Source: a virus (taxonomy: Duplodnaviria > Heunggongvirae > Uroviricota > Caudoviricetes). Taken from it: DNA of 30,013 nucleotides. Position 1 is the first letter of the stretch; the number at the start of each line of letters is the position of its first letter. Location of the stretch: IMG/VR virus record IMGVR_UViG_3300000358_000074. The stretch is one strand, 5' to 3'. The position numbers and the translations under genes are program-made. Below the pieces are notes generated by a model. That model had not been told where the DNA came from. It did not search any database and worked only from the letters and a program-made list of their open reading frames with translations. Positions 1 through 8,062 of the stretch are shown one piece after another.

Positions 1-984
1 TTATCGAATCGTTAAACCACCCTTTAGTGGGTTTAACGCTACTGCGTTTTGCAGGTAATCAGGCGCAAGGTGCGCATAGGCCATCGTCTGCTGAATGCTC
101 GCATGCCCCAGAATCTGTTGCAGTGCAATTATGTTGCCCCCATTCATCATGAAATGACTTGCGAATGTATGTCGCAGGATATGGGTTGCCTGATTGGGTG
201 GTATATCAGGTTTCACTCTGCGTAAAATCCCGCAAAACTTCTCATAATCAACTTTGAATAATTTGGCACTGGCCTCCTCTTTAACTTTTTTCTCCAGTTC
301 CTCAGAAATCGGCACGGTTCGCTTTTTACCGTTTTTGGTTTTCAGGAAGGTAACCCTGCAATTTGTAATCTGTGCTGGTTTTAGCGTGGCAACTTCCGTC
401 CATCTTCCTCCAGTGCTCAGACATAAAAGCGCGACAAGTAAGTCATCACCAGCCAAAACATTTAACAGTTTTTCGATTTCTGCTTTTTCCAGGAACGTCA
501 TTTCAGGGTTGGCCTCCGTCAGTGGCGGCAGTCCGTGAATTGGGTGTTGCCCGGAAAATTCATCCAGTTGAATTAATTTTGTGAACATGCCGGATAATCG
601 GTATATGTCACGATTTATCGTTGCAGCACTGATGCCATCACGCAGTCGCATGGAGCGATAATCCATCAAAGCCCTTTTGTTCATCCGGCTCACCGGTATA
701 TCACCTATACCGCTGATGGTTTTGAGTAGATGATTAAACTCTTTTGTCCCATGCTCGTGGTTTTGCCCGTGATATTTCCACCAGATGTCGAGCAATTCTG
801 TCAAAGTTCGGCGGTCTGCTCGCTGGCCTGCCCATTCTTTCTGACTGGCATTGGCGATTGTGTATCGCTCAAATGCTACAGCCTCAGCTTTTCTTTCAAA
901 CTTCCTGCGGATGCGTTTTCCGTCGCGACCGCGAGGTCTAATGTCCACTTCATAGCGTCCATCATCGAGCTTCTTAATTGACAT
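1..984 (-). CDS. int: Tyrosine site-specific integrase, P2 Int family
   Basis: The ORF translation contains the tyrosine-recombinase motifs HILRHTFASHF and MAYAHLAPDY. The six-frame ORF runs to 1014, but the internal Met (MSIKKLDDGRYEVD) has a GAGGG Shine-Dalgarno about 9 nt upstream and matches the P2 Int N-terminus as recalled, so the start is set at 984. The stop is at window position 1-3. Confidence 0.88.
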   Translation of the reverse strand: MSIKKLDDGRYEVDIRPRGRDGKRIRRKFERKAEAVAFERYTIANASQKEWAGQRADRRTLTELLDIWWKYHGQNHEHGTKEFNHLLKTISGIGDIPVSRMNKRALMDYRSMRLRDGISAATINRDIYRLSGMFTKLIQLDEFSGQHPIHGLPPLTEANPEMTFLEKAEIEKLLNVLAGDDLLVALLCLSTGGRWTEVATLKPAQITNCRVTFLKTKNGKKRTVPISEELEKKVKEEASAKLFKVDYEKFCGILRRVKPDIPPNQATHILRHTFASHFMMNGGNIIALQQILGHASIQQTMAYAHLAPDYLQNAVALNPLKGGLTIR

Positions 985-1053
985 AAGAAAGCCCTCTGAC
1001 GCTGTATTCACCATCTTGGTAACAAATGGTGAAAATGTAATGTTTATAGAGTG

Positions 1054-1347
1054 TTAACCAGTCTGTTTCCCGGAGTGGTCTGATTCTGTTGGTTTTTGCC
1101 CAATGTGTGCGAGAGCCGGCGCGATCTGACCAGCTTGTGGTGACGTATCACCAGTCATTAACCAGAGCGTATATTTTTTAAATAAAGGTGTATTTGTGAC
1201 TCGCATCACGATGCTGAGACCTGGGTCTTTATGCCCACTTTCGTAATTTTTGACTGTTCCTAGAGCTATCCCGCTAATTTCGCTGAATTTAGCCTGTGTT
1301 AAGCCTTCTGCTTTCCTAATCGCTTTCAGTTTTTCGAATGTCTGCAT
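1054..1347 (-). CDS. C: Immunity repressor, P2 C-like
   Basis: 97 aa, helix-turn-helix N-terminus (LTQAKFSEISGIALGTVKNYESG); the C-terminal KYTLW...SGQIAPALAH segment resembles P2 C as recalled. Divergent from cox, upstream of int. Confidence 0.85.
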   Translation of the reverse strand: MQTFEKLKAIRKAEGLTQAKFSEISGIALGTVKNYESGHKDPGLSIVMRVTNTPLFKKYTLWLMTGDTSPQAGQIAPALAHIGQKPTESDHSGKQTG

Positions 1348-1499
1348 TTGACAGTAACCTATTGGTGACTTATATTCCCGTCAAAAGGTTGTGTATTGGT
1401 GACCTTTTGAGTGTGTTAGCCAGTCCCTAGAAAGGACAGGGGCGACCTAGAAGGGACTGGATCTAATAAGGGTAACACGAAAGCAAAAAGGGCTAATCA
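1348..1499. promoter_or_regulatory. Divergent Pc/Pe promoter-operator region between C and cox
   Basis: Two direct repeats, cctagaaaggacagg (1426-1440) and cctagaagggactgg (1446-1460), 20 bp apart, flanked by the inverted pair ccagtccc/gggactgg; a second inverted repeat tcaaaagg(14 nt)ccttttga at 1381-1410. P2 C is known to bind direct repeats at Pe. Confidence 0.5.
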
Positions 1500-1772
1500 A
1501 TGGAAGTCAATGACTATGTGATTCAGTACCCTATTGATGCGGTACATACGGTTAAGTTTGCAGAGTTACTTGGTAAGCCAGAAACGGCTGTAGTCAAGAT
1601 GGTAAAAGAGAATAAATTGCCAGTTATTGAGCTTCGTGATCCAAGTAAGCCGAACGCTCGTGCCGGTGAAAAATGGGTTTTCATTCCTGAGTTTAATCGC
1701 GCTGTACGTGAGGCGTTTTATAACCGACCGGTTGAACAGCGTGATGCATGGCTTTTGTGGATGGGGTTGTGA
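1500..1772 (+). CDS. cox: Cox excisionase / lysogeny-lytic switch regulator
   Basis: 90 aa, position immediately divergent from C, P2 Cox-like length and the conserved C-terminal W..W.GL tail. Confidence 0.8.
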   Translation: MEVNDYVIQYPIDAVHTVKFAELLGKPETAVVKMVKENKLPVIELRDPSKPNARAGEKWVFIPEFNRAVREAFYNRPVEQRDAWLLWMGL

Positions 1773-1774
1773 TT

Positions 1775-1945
1775 ATGAATGAGCCGCGTTGTATTGCTCA
1801 GTTACTGCGTAACGAAAGCCCCAGGGCGATTGACTTCACCATCACCCACGGGAAGGGGCGCAAGGGAATCATTATCCGCACCAAAAAACAGAGTCCGTTA
1901 AAGAAGGCTCTGACCTTTCTGAAAAGCCGGAGGGTATGGAAATGA
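1775..1945 (+). CDS. Small hypothetical early protein (P2 orf78 position)
   Basis: ORF in the early operon between cox and B; start chosen at the internal ATG (MNEPRC...) just after the cox stop. Start uncertain. Confidence 0.4.
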   Translation: MNEPRCIAQLLRNESPRAIDFTITHGKGRKGIIIRTKKQSPLKKALTFLKSRRVWK

Positions 1946-2442
1946 CAGTGATGACGCTTAATCTCGTTGAAAAACAGCCAGCAGCTATGCGCCGGATAAT
2001 TGGTAAGCATCTTGCCGTCCCTCGCTGGCAGGATACATGTGATTATTATAATCAGATGATGGAGCGCGAACGGTTAACGGTTTGCTTTCATGCGCAGTTA
2101 AAACAGCGTCACGCAACGATGCGTTTTGAAGAAATGAACGACGTCGAACGTGAACGGCTGGTTTGTGCAATTGATGAATTGCGTGGGGCATTCTCAAAAC
2201 GCCGTCAGGTTGGCGCAAGTGAGTATGCATATATTAGTTTTTTAACAGTCAGTCAGCGTCGTACTTTATTTATGCATGCCGGATTGACTGAAAAAGAATT
2301 CAACCAGCCATACTGGCGAATTAATGAAGAATCATGTTACTGGCGTGATGCTTTATTCCGTGCATTACGTGAATTATTCAGCCTGTTTGAGTACGCACCG
2401 ACAATTCTGACGTCGGTAAAACCAGAGCAATATCTGCATTAA
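1936..2442 (+). CDS. B: Replication protein B (helicase-loader-like)
   Basis: 168 aa at the P2 B position with P2 B-like length. Confidence 0.75.
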   Translation: MEMTVMTLNLVEKQPAAMRRIIGKHLAVPRWQDTCDYYNQMMERERLTVCFHAQLKQRHATMRFEEMNDVERERLVCAIDELRGAFSKRRQVGASEYAYISFLTVSQRRTLFMHAGLTEKEFNQPYWRINEESCYWRDALFRALRELFSLFEYAPTILTSVKPEQYLH

Positions 2443-2505
2443 ATAATTAACCAGAGTTTTTAACGCACTTAATCGTGCGGGGCTTCTTTTTGCCTGGAGA
2501 AAGTC

Positions 2506-2730
2506 ATGCATACAGTTTCTGAAAATCAGTGCGGTATATACGCATTACTGCTGCAACAGGCCAGAACCGAAGCACAGGCCGACGCTGCGACGCGCTTTTC
2601 TTCTCATCTTGACGCCATGATTCGCCACATCACAAAGGCGGAGTTATCCCGCGTGGAGATAGTCGAGCTGCTCAGTCAGGAGTCGGAAAAATTTCACAAT
2701 ATCGGATTATCTCGCGGGGAGGTGCTTTGA
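2506..2730 (+). CDS. Hypothetical early protein (P2 orf80 position)
   Basis: 74-aa ORF, translationally coupled to the next ORF (ATGA overlap). Confidence 0.5.
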
Positions 2731-3032
2731 TGTCCTGTTCTCATTCAGTTGTATTACTGAATAACGCCTTAAAAATCGCCGTTATGAAAAATGGCGATTT
2801 GTCTCTTATTCGACTTGGTCTTGATAAAGAAAAACGCGAAATAACTGAATCTGTTTTCGCGATTTATCAGAACGAATTAAATCTCCTGTCTGATGTGGTC
2901 AATTTACTTGTTAAACGCGCTGTATTTCATAAGCAAATTTCATCCGTGGATGAACTGACAAAATTAACGACAGAAATCGCCAGCTATTGCGCTGATGAAT
3001 TTAAGAAGCTGAACGACAAAAGGAGCTGGTAA
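2727..3032 (+). CDS. Hypothetical early protein (P2 orf81 position)
   Basis: 101-aa ORF in the early operon. Confidence 0.5.
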
Positions 3033-3256
3033 TGCCGGACAACGTAGATTTTATTCAGGAACAACAGGCTGAATTACTGGAGCGCCAGATTAACGCGGCA
3101 AGGGTAAAGCATTGCGGTGTTTCTGCGCTGGTTTGCGAAGAGTGTGACGCGCCAATACCTGCTGCCCGTCGTGCGGCTTATCCGTCAGCCACGCGTTGTG
3201 TTTCCTGCCAGTCAGTCTTTGAAGCAAAAAACAAGCATTACCGGAGAATGGCATGA
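3032..3256 (+). CDS. TraR/DksA-type C4 zinc-finger protein (P2 orf82-like)
   Basis: 74 aa with a CxxC(17)CxxC arrangement (CEECDAP...CVSCQ), typical of TraR/DksA zinc fingers. Confidence 0.7.
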   Translation: MPDNVDFIQEQQAELLERQINAARVKHCGVSALVCEECDAPIPAARRAAYPSATRCVSCQSVFEAKNKHYRRMA

Positions 3257-3528
3257 GTATTCGTATTGAAATTGGCGAACGTTATGTCGTTACCAGTGAC
3301 AGCTTTCAGTTTATTCTCCACGAGAAAAAGAGAGCTGAAAGCGGTAAAAACGCCGGTCAGGAATGGCTGGCGGTGGTTGGTTATTACCCGAAATTAAGCC
3401 AGCTCGTTTCCGGCATGATGCATCACGATATTCTGACCGGAAGCGCAAAGTCTTTTGCTGATTTAAACGCGCAGGTTGAGCAACTCAGCAAGCGTTGTTC
3501 AGAGGCTTTTGGCTCATATGGCCGTTAA
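3253..3528 (+). CDS. Hypothetical early protein (P2 orf83 position)
   Basis: 91-aa ORF whose 3' end overlaps the start of A. Confidence 0.5.
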   Translation: MSIRIEIGERYVVTSDSFQFILHEKKRAESGKNAGQEWLAVVGYYPKLSQLVSGMMHHDILTGSAKSFADLNAQVEQLSKRCSEAFGSYGR

Positions 3529-5794
3529 AGCCTCCGGGCGTTTTGTCCCTCCGTCAGCATTTGCCGCAGGCACCGGTAAGGCGTTTACCGGTGCTTATGC
3601 ATGGAACGCGCCACGCGAGGCTGTCGGGCGCGAAAGACCCCTTACACGTGACGAGATGCGTCAGGTGCAAGGTGTTTTATCCACGATTAACCGCCTGCCT
3701 TACTTTTTGCGCTCGCTGTTTACTTCACGCTATGACTACATCCGGCGCAATAAAAGCCCGGTGCACGGGTTTTATTTCCTCACATCCACTTTTCAGCGTC
3801 GTTTATGGCCGCGCATTGAGCGTGTGAATCAGCGCCATGAAATGAACACCGACGCGTCGTTGCTGTTTCTGGCAGAGCGTGACCACTATGCGCGCCTGCC
3901 GGGAATGAATGACAAGGAGCTGAAAAAGTTTGCTGCCCGTATATCATCGCAGCTTTTCATGATGTATGAGGAACTCTGCGATGCCTGGGTGGATGCGCAT
4001 GGCGAAAAAGAATCGCTGTTTACGGATGAGGCGCAGGCTCACCTCTATGGTCATGTTGCTGGCGCTGCACGTGCTTTCAATATTTCCCCTCTCTACTGGA
4101 AAAAATACCGTAAAGGACAGATGACCACGAGGCAGGCATATTCTGCCATTGCCCGTCTGTTTAACGATGAGTGGTGGATTAGTCAGCTTCAAGGCCAGCG
4201 TATGCGCTGGCATGAGGCGTTACTGATTGCTGTCGGGGAGGTCAATAAAGACCGTTCTCCTTATGCCAGTAAACATGCCATTCGTGATGTGCGTGCACGC
4301 CGCCAGGCAAATCTGGAGTTTCTTAAATCGTGTGACCTTGAAAATAAGGAAACCGGCGAGCGCATTGACCTTATCAGTAAGGTGATGGGCAGTATTTCTA
4401 ATCCTGAAATTCGCCGGATGGAGCTGATGAACACCATTGCCGGTATTGAGCGTTACGCCGCTGCAGAGGGTGATGTGGGGATGTTTATCACGCTGACCGC
4501 GCCGTCAAAGTATCACCCGACACGTCAGGTCGGAAAAGGAGAAAGTAAAACCGTCCAGCTTAATCACGGCTGGAATGATGAGGCATTTAATCCAAAGGAT
4601 GCGCAGCGTTATCTCTGCCGTATCTGGAGCCTGGTGCGCACGGCATTCAAAGATAATGATTTACAGGTCTACGGTTTGCGAGTCGTCGAGCCACACCACG
4701 ACGGAACGCCGCACTGGCATATGATGCTTTTTTGTAATCCACGCCAGCGTAACCAGATTATCGAAATCATGCGTCGCTATGCGCTCAAAGAGGATGGCGA
4801 CGAAAGAGGAGCCGCGCGAAACCGTTTTCAGGCAAAACATCTTAACCGGGGCGGTGCTGCGGGATATATTGCTAAATACATCTCAAAAAATATCGACGGC
4901 TATGCACTGGATGGTCAGCTCGATAACGATACCGGCAGGCCGCTGAAAGACACTGCAGCGGCTGTTACCGCATGGGCGTCAACGTGGCGCATCCCACAAT
5001 TTAAAACGGTTGGTCTGCCGACAATGGGGGCTTACCGTGAACTACGCAAATTGCCTCGCGGCGTCAGCATTGCTGATGAGTTTGACGAGCGCGTCGAGGC
5101 TGCACGCGCCGCTGCAGACAGTGGTGATTTTGCGTTGTATATCAGCGCGCAGGGCGGGGCAAATGTCCCGCGCGATTGTCAGACTGTCAGGGTCGCCCGT
5201 AGCCCGTCGGATGACGTTAACGAGTACGAGGAAGAAGTCGAGAGAGTGGTCGGCATTTACGCGCCGCATCTCGGCGCGCGTCATATTCATATCACCAGAA
5301 CGACGGACTGGCGCATTGTGCCGAAAGTGCCGGTCGTTGAGCCTTTGACGTTAAAAAGCGGCATCGCCGCGCCTCGGAGTCCTGTCAATAACTGTGGAAA
5401 GCTCACCGGTGGTGATACTTCGTCACCGGCTCCCACGCCTTCTGAGCACGCCGCAGCAGTGCTTAATCTGGTTGATGACGGTGTTATCGAATGGAATGAC
5501 CCGGAGGTCGTGAGGGCGCTCAGAGGTGCATTAAAACACGAACTGAGAACACCAAATCGTCAGCAGAGAAACGGAAGCCCGTTAAAACCACATGAAATAG
5601 CGCCATCGGCCAGACTGACCCGGTCGGAACGAATGCAAATCACCCGTATCCGCGTTGACCTTGCTCAGAACGGTATCAGGCCTCAGCGATGGGAGCTTGA
5701 GGCGCTGGCGCGTGGCGCGACAGTAAATTATGACGGAATAAAATTCACGTATCCTGTCGCTGATGAGTGGCAGGGATTCACAATGGACCATTGA
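3518..5794 (+). CDS. A: Replication initiation endonuclease gpA (rolling-circle nickase)
   Basis: Large ORF (six-frame start 3476). Start set at the internal ATG 3518 (MAVKASGRFVPP...), which matches the P2 A N-terminus as recalled; contains HUH-like (PHWHMML) and YxxK-type (YIAKYISK) motifs of rolling-circle initiators. Confidence 0.9.
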   Translation: MAVKASGRFVPPSAFAAGTGKAFTGAYAWNAPREAVGRERPLTRDEMRQVQGVLSTINRLPYFLRSLFTSRYDYIRRNKSPVHGFYFLTSTFQRRLWPRIERVNQRHEMNTDASLLFLAERDHYARLPGMNDKELKKFAARISSQLFMMYEELCDAWVDAHGEKESLFTDEAQAHLYGHVAGAARAFNISPLYWKKYRKGQMTTRQAYSAIARLFNDEWWISQLQGQRMRWHEALLIAVGEVNKDRSPYASKHAIRDVRARRQANLEFLKSCDLENKETGERIDLISKVMGSISNPEIRRMELMNTIAGIERYAAAEGDVGMFITLTAPSKYHPTRQVGKGESKTVQLNHGWNDEAFNPKDAQRYLCRIWSLVRTAFKDNDLQVYGLRVVEPHHDGTPHWHMMLFCNPRQRNQIIEIMRRYALKEDGDERGAARNRFQAKHLNRGGAAGYIAKYISKNIDGYALDGQLDNDTGRPLKDTAAAVTAWASTWRIPQFKTVGLPTMGAYRELRKLPRGVSIADEFDERVEAARAAADSGDFALYISAQGGANVPRDCQTVRVARSPSDDVNEYEEEVERVVGIYAPHLGARHIHITRTTDWRIVPKVPVVEPLTLKSGIAAPRSPVNNCGKLTGGDTSSPAPTPSEHAAAVLNLVDDGVIEWNDPEVVRALRGALKHELRTPNRQQRNGSPLKPHEIAPSARLTRSERMQITRIRVDLAQNGIRPQRWELEALARGATVNYDGIKFTYPVADEWQGFTMDH

Positions 5795-5903
5795 TGATTA
5801 ACATGAAAGAATTATGGAGCTTGCTTATATCGTGTTATGTCAGTTTACTGGATACAGGGCAAGTGAATGCCCCTTTCCATGAATTAGATTAAAGGCTTGC
5901 AAA

Positions 5904-7235
5904 ATGAACAATAACAGTCAGAAAGCTTTGAGTAAGAAGAAAACCAAGAAAACCAAAAAGAAGTCGCTTACCCCTGAACAAAAAGCATTGCAAGCAGAAC
6001 AAGCAGCAAAAAAAGCGCAAATTATAGAGAATAGGCGCTCTATTACAGCTCATGCTATTAACCTTTTTCAGCAATATACAGCACTCCGTAAAAAAGGATT
6101 AGATAGTTCCACTGCTACTTTGCAAGCTTATGCTGATTATGAAAAAGTACATGGACATAAATTCCTTAGTTCTATCTCTATGTGGACAAAAATCAAAACT
6201 GAAGCAGGGATTCGGATCTATGATCGTGAGAGACAAGATAGTCGTAAATCGCTTAATCTTGCTAAGATCCCAACCCGTTTAGAGGCTAAGCGTAGTGTAC
6301 TGACACAGAATCAAAAGAAAGTACATAACCAGAATGCAAATACATTACGCTTAATCGGTGGCAAAAAGCTACCTGTAACATCTATGGGGCTTATTGTATG
6401 TCCTGTCTGCGAGATACATATAAAAGATAGTGCTATAGAGTGGCATTTACGACACAACCACGTAGATCATATAGATAACCCGTTTACTAACCCTATAGTA
6501 GCTCCGGTTGATACTTTAGAAGAGGCTGTAGAAATACGAGACCTACTAATTGGTGATAAAACACTTCCGATTAAATCTAGTACTATTAATATGGGGAGTG
6601 ACAAGAAAGATAAACGTTATTTTAATAAGCAAGTTTATCAAACGGCATTGCTAACAATGACACAATCAGAAGCGTGGAAACTCGCGACTGATGAAGAATC
6701 TAGTATGACTTTTTTAAGCAATCAGTACATAAGTCCATTAACATCACCGGAACCCAATAATGAAATATCTCTTATCATGGATGGAACAGCTATAGCCATT
6801 AATGAAGGTCTAACTAATCCTTTAAAAGCCGCAAACGATACCTGTGCTACAGGACGAACAGTCGAGGTTACTCATAAAGTCCGTCATGCTGGAGATCAAG
6901 CTGATTTCAAACGCCGTGTTTGGGATAACTTCAATGGCAGATGTGCTATTACTGGCTATCCATTGCCAGAGGGGATATTGGAAGCCGCACATATTGAAGC
7001 AATAACAGAAGCGGCAAATAATAACACATCTAATGGCCTGTTACTTGAAGTAAGTTTGCACCGAATGTTTGATAAAGGATTGATGGGGATTAATCCAGAG
7101 GACTTAACGGTTCATTTCTCTATTAATTGTATCCACAAAACTATGTTTGAGGGTAAAACTCTACAACCACATCATGTAGAACTTGATGCTGACAAGTTGA
7201 TGACAAAATGGAAAAAGTTCAATGATAAGCGTTAA
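5904..7235 (+). CDS. Cargo protein with C-terminal HNH-type nuclease motif, lysine-rich N-terminus and a C2H2-like zinc finger; candidate anti-phage defence effector
   Basis: 443 aa. The C-terminus carries CAITG...LEAAHI...NGLLL...LHRMFDKGLMGI, the hallmark spacing of HNH (HNH_2-like) endonucleases. N-terminus is KKKTKKTKKKS; mid-region has CPVCEIHIKDSAIEWHLRHNH. The gene is AT-rich and sits where P2 has orf91/tin/old. Confidence 0.75.
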   Translation: MNNNSQKALSKKKTKKTKKKSLTPEQKALQAEQAAKKAQIIENRRSITAHAINLFQQYTALRKKGLDSSTATLQAYADYEKVHGHKFLSSISMWTKIKTEAGIRIYDRERQDSRKSLNLAKIPTRLEAKRSVLTQNQKKVHNQNANTLRLIGGKKLPVTSMGLIVCPVCEIHIKDSAIEWHLRHNHVDHIDNPFTNPIVAPVDTLEEAVEIRDLLIGDKTLPIKSSTINMGSDKKDKRYFNKQVYQTALLTMTQSEAWKLATDEESSMTFLSNQYISPLTSPEPNNEISLIMDGTAIAINEGLTNPLKAANDTCATGRTVEVTHKVRHAGDQADFKRRVWDNFNGRCAITGYPLPEGILEAAHIEAITEAANNNTSNGLLLEVSLHRMFDKGLMGINPEDLTVHFSINCIHKTMFEGKTLQPHHVELDADKLMTKWKKFNDKR

Positions 7236-7326
7236 CATGACTTCTTCTGGCGCAGCGAGGCATTAGATTTAATTATGTATTATGATTTAATTTGGGGCGT
7301 GATTTGTTATATGGGGAATAGATTAT

Positions 7327-7746
7327 ATGGTGACGCTTGATACTGTTTATTGGAAATTTGGTTATGCTTCGGAAGCAGCTCAATTACTGGAGACTGAGTT
7401 GATAAATATTATCACTGAGTATGATATGAGTCAGGGGAAAGATATACAGTCGCTGAAAAAACAGTTTTTAGAAATGGATAAATACACGCTGGGTAGATTG
7501 AATTACGCACTGAAGTCTAGGATGGTGGAGGATGCTGATACACTGGAGCGTGTGTCTGATGCTCTTAAAGCCAGAAACTACTTAGCACATGACTTTTATC
7601 GCAAACATGCTGAAGGTAAATTCACTCCGGAAGGAAGGCAGAGAATGCTTGCCGACTTAAATAGTGTACATCACATAATTTTTGAGGCTTACCGCAAGGT
7701 TCTGCAACTAAGCGACATTGAAATTCCTCCTTTAGAGCATGATTAA
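7327..7746 (+). CDS. Hypothetical protein, co-oriented partner of the HNH cargo gene
   Basis: 139-aa ORF 91 bp downstream of the HNH gene, same strand, same AT-rich composition, no motif I recognise; mildly acidic. Confidence 0.6.
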   Translation: MVTLDTVYWKFGYASEAAQLLETELINIITEYDMSQGKDIQSLKKQFLEMDKYTLGRLNYALKSRMVEDADTLERVSDALKARNYLAHDFYRKHAEGKFTPEGRQRMLADLNSVHHIIFEAYRKVLQLSDIEIPPLEHD

Positions 7747-7761
7747 ATCTTGCATGCATTA

Positions 7762-7800
7762 GATGCATTGGTTTGCATGCATCATTCGTTATTTTCATTT
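7762..7800 (+). terminator. Putative terminator / ATGCAT palindrome cluster after the cargo operon
   Basis: Inverted repeat gatgcat(8 nt)atgcatc at 7762-7783 followed by T-rich cattcgttattttcatttt; additional TGCATGCA palindromes at 7751-7758. Confidence 0.35.
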
Positions 7801-7874
7801 TCGAGTGCCGTCAGTGTCGGCATGGTTTTGACGGATTCATACATGTGCATTAAAACCTCCCCATGAAGCGGGCG

Positions 7875-7893
7875 GGCGAGGCGGGGAAAGCAC
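7875..7893. other. cos: cos cohesive-end site (P2-type 19-nt sequence)
   Basis: GGCGAGGCGGGGAAAGCAC at 7875-7893, which is the P2 cohesive-end sequence as I recall it, at the expected place between the old-locus and Q; flanking GC-rich region has repeated gcgtgatg motifs. Confidence 0.6.
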
Positions 7894-8034
7894 TGCGCGC
7901 TGGCGGTGGTGCTGATTTTATTTTTTCAGCGTCTGAGCGCGTCGTGATGGCGTTTAGATTGTGCGCCGGGGCGTTGGTTTGTCTGCGGGCTGTTTTGCGC
8001 GGTGGTGAGCGTGTGAGGGCGTGATGACGGGTTG

Positions 8035-8057
8035 TAAAAAAGCCGCCCGCAGGCGGC
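8035..8057 (-). terminator. Rho-independent terminator downstream of Q
   Basis: On the minus strand GCCGCC-TGCG-GGCGGC followed by TTTTTT, immediately after the Q stop. Confidence 0.55.
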
Positions 8058-8062
8058 GATGT

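Noticed and set aside
5889-6074. 61-aa minus-strand ORF overlapping the 5' end of the HNH cargo gene
   Set aside because: Antisense to the A-rich polylysine-coding stretch; the low-complexity poly-Phe/Leu translation is the mirror of that tract.
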